A stretch of 64,000 bases of DNA from Gammaproteobacteria bacterium (GTDB taxonomy: Bacteria; Pseudomonadota; Gammaproteobacteria; UBA4575): the NCBI GenBank assembly GCA_965243395.1, contig CBDEUS010000002.1, positions 64,001 to 128,000 on the forward strand, in the 5' to 3' direction. How positions within the stretch are numbered: position 1 is the first letter of the stretch; each line of letters opens with the position of its first letter. Below are positions 60,482 through 64,000 of this stretch, one piece after another. The translations under genes and the position numbers were made by a program. Below the pieces are notes generated by a model. The model searched no databases, had not been told where the DNA came from, and was given only the letters and a program-made list of their open reading frames with translations.

Positions 60482-62251
60482 TTAATCGCTATGGTTTTCG
60501 CCATTAGTTACTTTTTGTTTTCTTGCTAGCGATTGCGTAAGTCCATTTAGACTTTCACCATCAATACCAATTTCACTTAACAAGGAATCAACAATTGGGG
60601 ACTGCACTTTATATTTAAGCGCACTGTTTACGACTTGGTCTGCAAGATTGGAGTCATCACCTTTACCTGTCCCAGATGACCCATTCCCATTTCCACCACT
60701 ACCGATAGAATTTAAACCATCAATTTGCATGATTTTAATTCCATCAATTTGTTCCATTGGTTTAACACTTTCACGAATGATGTCTGGCATATGTTTAACA
60801 ATTGCCATTTTCACCTGCATTTCAATTTGCTCTGCAGATAAAATATTACTTGCTTCATTGATAGAACGCTTACCTTCTGCATCGACCATATAGCGCATTT
60901 TGGCGGCATCAGCAGCAAGCTTTTCAGCATCTGCTGCACCTTGTGCCTCTATTCTTGCGCTATCTGAATCACCGACTGCTAGAGTTCGTACTGCCTCTGC
61001 CTTATCTTCGGCAGCTTGCTTTTCCGCCTCAGCAGCAACTGTGACAGTAATTGCTTCACGTTCTGCAATCTTTCTAGCTTCAATTAATTCGATTTGTTTT
61101 TGTCGATCTGCAATTTCCTGTTCTTGTGCTGTAACTACTCGCTCTTCTTCTTTTACGGCTTCTGCCCGTGCAATAGAGGCAGCAGCTTCGGCTTCAGATG
61201 TTTCCCTGGATTTCTCAGCAATCACAATAGCCCGATCTTGCTCGGCAAGTTCAACAGTTTTTATCTTATCGATGTCAGTAGTTTCAATTGCTTTGGCTTT
61301 TTGAATATCTTTTTCTTTGATTTGTCTATCTTTCTCGATTCTTTCTTCTTCAACAGCTCGTTCAGCAAGAATATTTGCTAAGTCTATTTTTTGTTGGGCA
61401 GTAATTTGTGCTTCTTCAGCTTCACGTTTTTTTCTAGCTTGTTCTGAAGCAATTTCCGCAGACTGGGCGGCTCTTTGTATTTCAATTTCACGCTGTTGTT
61501 CTAATCTTGCATATTCTTCTTCTTTACCAATTTCAAGCTTTTGTCTTTCAGCCTCAAGATCCTTAGTTTTTATAGCAACCATAGTATCTTGCTCTATTTC
61601 GTTCCTGCGCTTTTTACGTACTTCAATTTCTTCTGTAAGTTTTGTGAGACCCTCTGCATCAAATGCATTGTTAGGATTAAAATACTCTTTGCTTGTTTGG
61701 TCTAATCCAGTCAATGAGACAGCCTCTAATTCTAAACCGTTTTTAAGTAAGTCTTCTGATACTACTTGTTGCACTTTTTGAACAAAGTCCACACGTTGTT
61801 CATGTAACTCTGTCATCGCCATTTCGGCCGCAACAGCTCGCAATGCATCAACAAACTTACCTTCTACTAAATCTCTCAATGAGTCTGGCTTCATCGTGCG
61901 TAAACCAAGAGTTTGTGCAGCATAAGCTATAGATTCTTGATTTGGCTTAACACGAACATAGAACTCTGCTAACACGTCTACTCTCATTCTATCTCTTGTA
62001 ATCAATGCTTGTTCATTTGCGCGTCTTACTTCTAAGCGCAAAGTATTCATGTTAACGGGAATGATTTCATGGAGAACTGGAAACACTAATGCACCTCCAT
62101 TCATTACAACCTTTTGGCCGCCAAAACCTGTTCGCACAAAAGATACTTCTTTTGATGATCTTTTATATAAGCGCGCAAAAATTAAACCAATTGCAAAAAA
62201 AGCAAAAAGAATTATTCCCGCATAAATAACAATGTCATATAGTTGATACAT
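60482..62251 (-). CDS. flotillin/SPFH (YqiK-like) membrane protein
   Basis: FVRTGFGGQKV, NMNTLRLEVRR, NPNNAFDAEGLT, AE-rich coiled coil. Confidence 0.92.
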   Translation of the reverse strand: MYQLYDIVIYAGIILFAFFAIGLIFARLYKRSSKEVSFVRTGFGGQKVVMNGGALVFPVLHEIIPVNMNTLRLEVRRANEQALITRDRMRVDVLAEFYVRVKPNQESIAYAAQTLGLRTMKPDSLRDLVEGKFVDALRAVAAEMAMTELHEQRVDFVQKVQQVVSEDLLKNGLELEAVSLTGLDQTSKEYFNPNNAFDAEGLTKLTEEIEVRKKRRNEIEQDTMVAIKTKDLEAERQKLEIGKEEEYARLEQQREIEIQRAAQSAEIASEQARKKREAEEAQITAQQKIDLANILAERAVEEERIEKDRQIKEKDIQKAKAIETTDIDKIKTVELAEQDRAIVIAEKSRETSEAEAAASIARAEAVKEEERVVTAQEQEIADRQKQIELIEARKIAEREAITVTVAAEAEKQAAEDKAEAVRTLAVGDSDSARIEAQGAADAEKLAADAAKMRYMVDAEGKRSINEASNILSAEQIEMQVKMAIVKHMPDIIRESVKPMEQIDGIKIMQIDGLNSIGSGGNGNGSSGTGKGDDSNLADQVVNSALKYKVQSPIVDSLLSEIGIDGESLNGLTQSLARKQKVTNGENHSD

Positions 62252-62264
62252 ATAATGCCCCTTA

Positions 62265-62921
62265 TCAATTTTCGAGAGATTTGTTCGGATTGCGAATTAC
62301 TTTAAAAACACTTCCTGATTTACTTACTATTAGTACTTTTTCACCTTGACTAATTGATTCATCACCATTGTCAGGCTCAACCATTACGTAATGTGTTTGG
62401 TTGTGAGAATCAATGAGCTTAGCCTCAGCTGGTGAACCTTTTTTTGCTGAGCCTAATGTTATTGTTGCTACTCTTCCTTTAAATGAATCTACTGATACAG
62501 CTTCAGTTTCATCTCTAGGCATAATCTTATTAATCAAACCGCCAAAAACTCTCATGCATGGTAATGCACCTAATACAGCTGGGATTGAAGCAAGTGGGCT
62601 TGGTAACAAGTGACCTGTCATTCCAATAGCACCCTTTTGAATAATTAATCCAATTAAACCAAAAGCGGTCAAAAAGACTATTAATAAAACTAAAAATGGC
62701 ACTTCTCCAATTCTTAACCATCCCAAGAAGTGTGATAACGTAGTGTTAGAATCTAAATTTGGACCATCAATATCGAAATCCATATCTGGTAACATAGATT
62801 CGAGAACGTTAGAAATCCCTAGACCAATTAATGCACCAACACCTTCTAAGGCAGCAATAAAAATCATTACTGCAATTGATACAGTAAAAGGAAGATTTTG
62901 AGCTTCTAGAAAAAAGTCCAT
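62265..62921 (-). CDS. YqiJ-like (NfeD-type OB-fold) membrane protein
   Basis: NLPFTVS, LGWLRIGEVPFLVLL, GSPAEAK, HYVMVEP; precedes flotillin. Confidence 0.85.
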   Translation of the reverse strand: MDFFLEAQNLPFTVSIAVMIFIAALEGVGALIGLGISNVLESMLPDMDFDIDGPNLDSNTTLSHFLGWLRIGEVPFLVLLIVFLTAFGLIGLIIQKGAIGMTGHLLPSPLASIPAVLGALPCMRVFGGLINKIMPRDETEAVSVDSFKGRVATITLGSAKKGSPAEAKLIDSHNQTHYVMVEPDNGDESISQGEKVLIVSKSGSVFKVIRNPNKSLEN

Positions 62922-62936
62922 TTAAACCTTCTTCTC

Positions 62937-63623
62937 TTAGCCTTTTTTCTCAGCCTTAATTTTTGCCAAACGTTCTTTTATTCGATTTTGATGACTTAAT
63001 TTATCAAGCTCTGCTATTTGTGCTGCAGTCTTTGTATCGGTAGTGCTTGATGAAGATGGTCCAATCCCGGTTCCTTTTTCCATAATTCGATCAAACGCTT
63101 CTTGAGCCTTCTCAACTTTTGCAACTACATCAGAGGAGCCGCTAATAGTTTTTCCATCTTCTTGCTTGGTTACAGTTTGCTTTCTACTTTCAACAAAGCT
63201 TCGAAGCTCTTCCCTCATCTCACGCTTTTTAGCTTTCAAAGCAACAATATATCCTTCAAGCTCTTTTTCGCTTTCTGTTGCTTCAGTAATGCTTTTTTCT
63301 AATACTGGAATTTGTGCTTCAATATTTATCTGTTGTGCAATAGCTGCTTCTGCAAGATCATCACGCCCTTCATTAACAGCAAATTCAATTTTTTCAGATA
63401 AATCTTCATATTTTTTGTTTTCTTCCATCATTCTTTTATTCGCTAAATGACGGTTGGCTACTACAGTTCCTAATTCAGAGCGCACATCATATATTGCGCT
63501 GTCTATTTCTCTAATCGCTTCTTCCATCACTAGGTCTGGTGCAGAATTCTCTATAGAGTCAATGATTGCATTGATCCCACCACTCAAAATTCGCCCAACA
63601 CGTGAACTAATACTTTCGCTCAT
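62937..63623 (-). CDS. PspA/IM30 family protein
   Basis: Amphipathic N-terminus, ENSAPDLVMEEAIREID, GRDDLAEAAI, IKERLAKIK. Confidence 0.88.
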   Translation of the reverse strand: MSESISSRVGRILSGGINAIIDSIENSAPDLVMEEAIREIDSAIYDVRSELGTVVANRHLANKRMMEENKKYEDLSEKIEFAVNEGRDDLAEAAIAQQINIEAQIPVLEKSITEATESEKELEGYIVALKAKKREMREELRSFVESRKQTVTKQEDGKTISGSSDVVAKVEKAQEAFDRIMEKGTGIGPSSSSTTDTKTAAQIAELDKLSHQNRIKERLAKIKAEKKG

Positions 63624-63625
63624 TA

Positions 63626-63976
63626 CTATGTCTCCTTAATTAACTTCGTTTCATTGTCTAGCAAGCGTAATAGCTGTATGTATGTATTAAGCTTGTTTCT
63701 AAATATATTCTTTCGAGTAGTATTCGTACTTTGAATAACACCAAGATGAATCGTCCTCTCGAATAATCTTGATACCCGCTCCATCAATTCATTTTCAAAT
63801 TCTTGACAACTTAATATGTTTTCCACATTTCTACCTGATGAAATGAAGTAAGCTAATATTTCTGCTATTGAATCTCGAATAGGCTCTATAACTTGTGAGT
63901 AAGTGTTTTCATCATGCTGAACCTGTTTTATTTGCCTCGATATAGGTAGTAAATAGTTCTCAATATTCGTCAGCAC
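63626..63976 (-). CDS. hypothetical protein (may be the C-terminal part of a gene starting beyond the window)
   Basis: ORF ends 2 nt before the pspA-like start; close to the window edge. Confidence 0.5.
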   Translation of the reverse strand: MLTNIENYLLPISRQIKQVQHDENTYSQVIEPIRDSIAEILAYFISSGRNVENILSCQEFENELMERVSRLFERTIHLGVIQSTNTTRKNIFRNKLNTYIQLLRLLDNETKLIKET

Positions 63977-64000
63977 TTCACTGTAGTCACTACCGCTCAG

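Noticed and set aside
60648-61781. Plus-strand Ser/Ala-rich ORFs
   Set aside because: Antisense to the AE-rich flotillin coiled coil

Overview
This is an AT-rich bacterial window; the gene set and sigma54/NtrC/CRP-type motifs suggest a gammaproteobacterium (inference). Left to right it holds: alkB-like dioxygenase; nhaA-nhaR with a divergent cluster of two HPF/RaiA-like genes, a secreted protein and an orphan SufU; a Pil/Chp-like chemosensory operon ending in a Ser/Thr kinase; a 4462-aa repeat-rich secreted adhesin-like protein divergent from a PrtD/PrtE-type T1SS; an ~18 kb nitrogen-scavenging block (two Urt-type ABC transporters, formamidase, urease, three sigma54 promoters); an EamA-MATE operon; a histidine kinase with a decayed response regulator, divergent from a Tat-exported solute-binding protein; a 3' half of tRNA-Phe (att-like scar); nhaD-ppk2; and pspA-yqiJ-flotillin. 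The most interesting signal is not in the ORF track: a leaderless 27-codon uORF ending Cys-Leu-Cys-stop, with a terminator and a possible antiterminator, directly upstream of EamA-MATE. It is a candidate cysteine-sensing attenuator with exporter-type (inverted) logic. All calls come from reading motifs by eye; no database searches were run.
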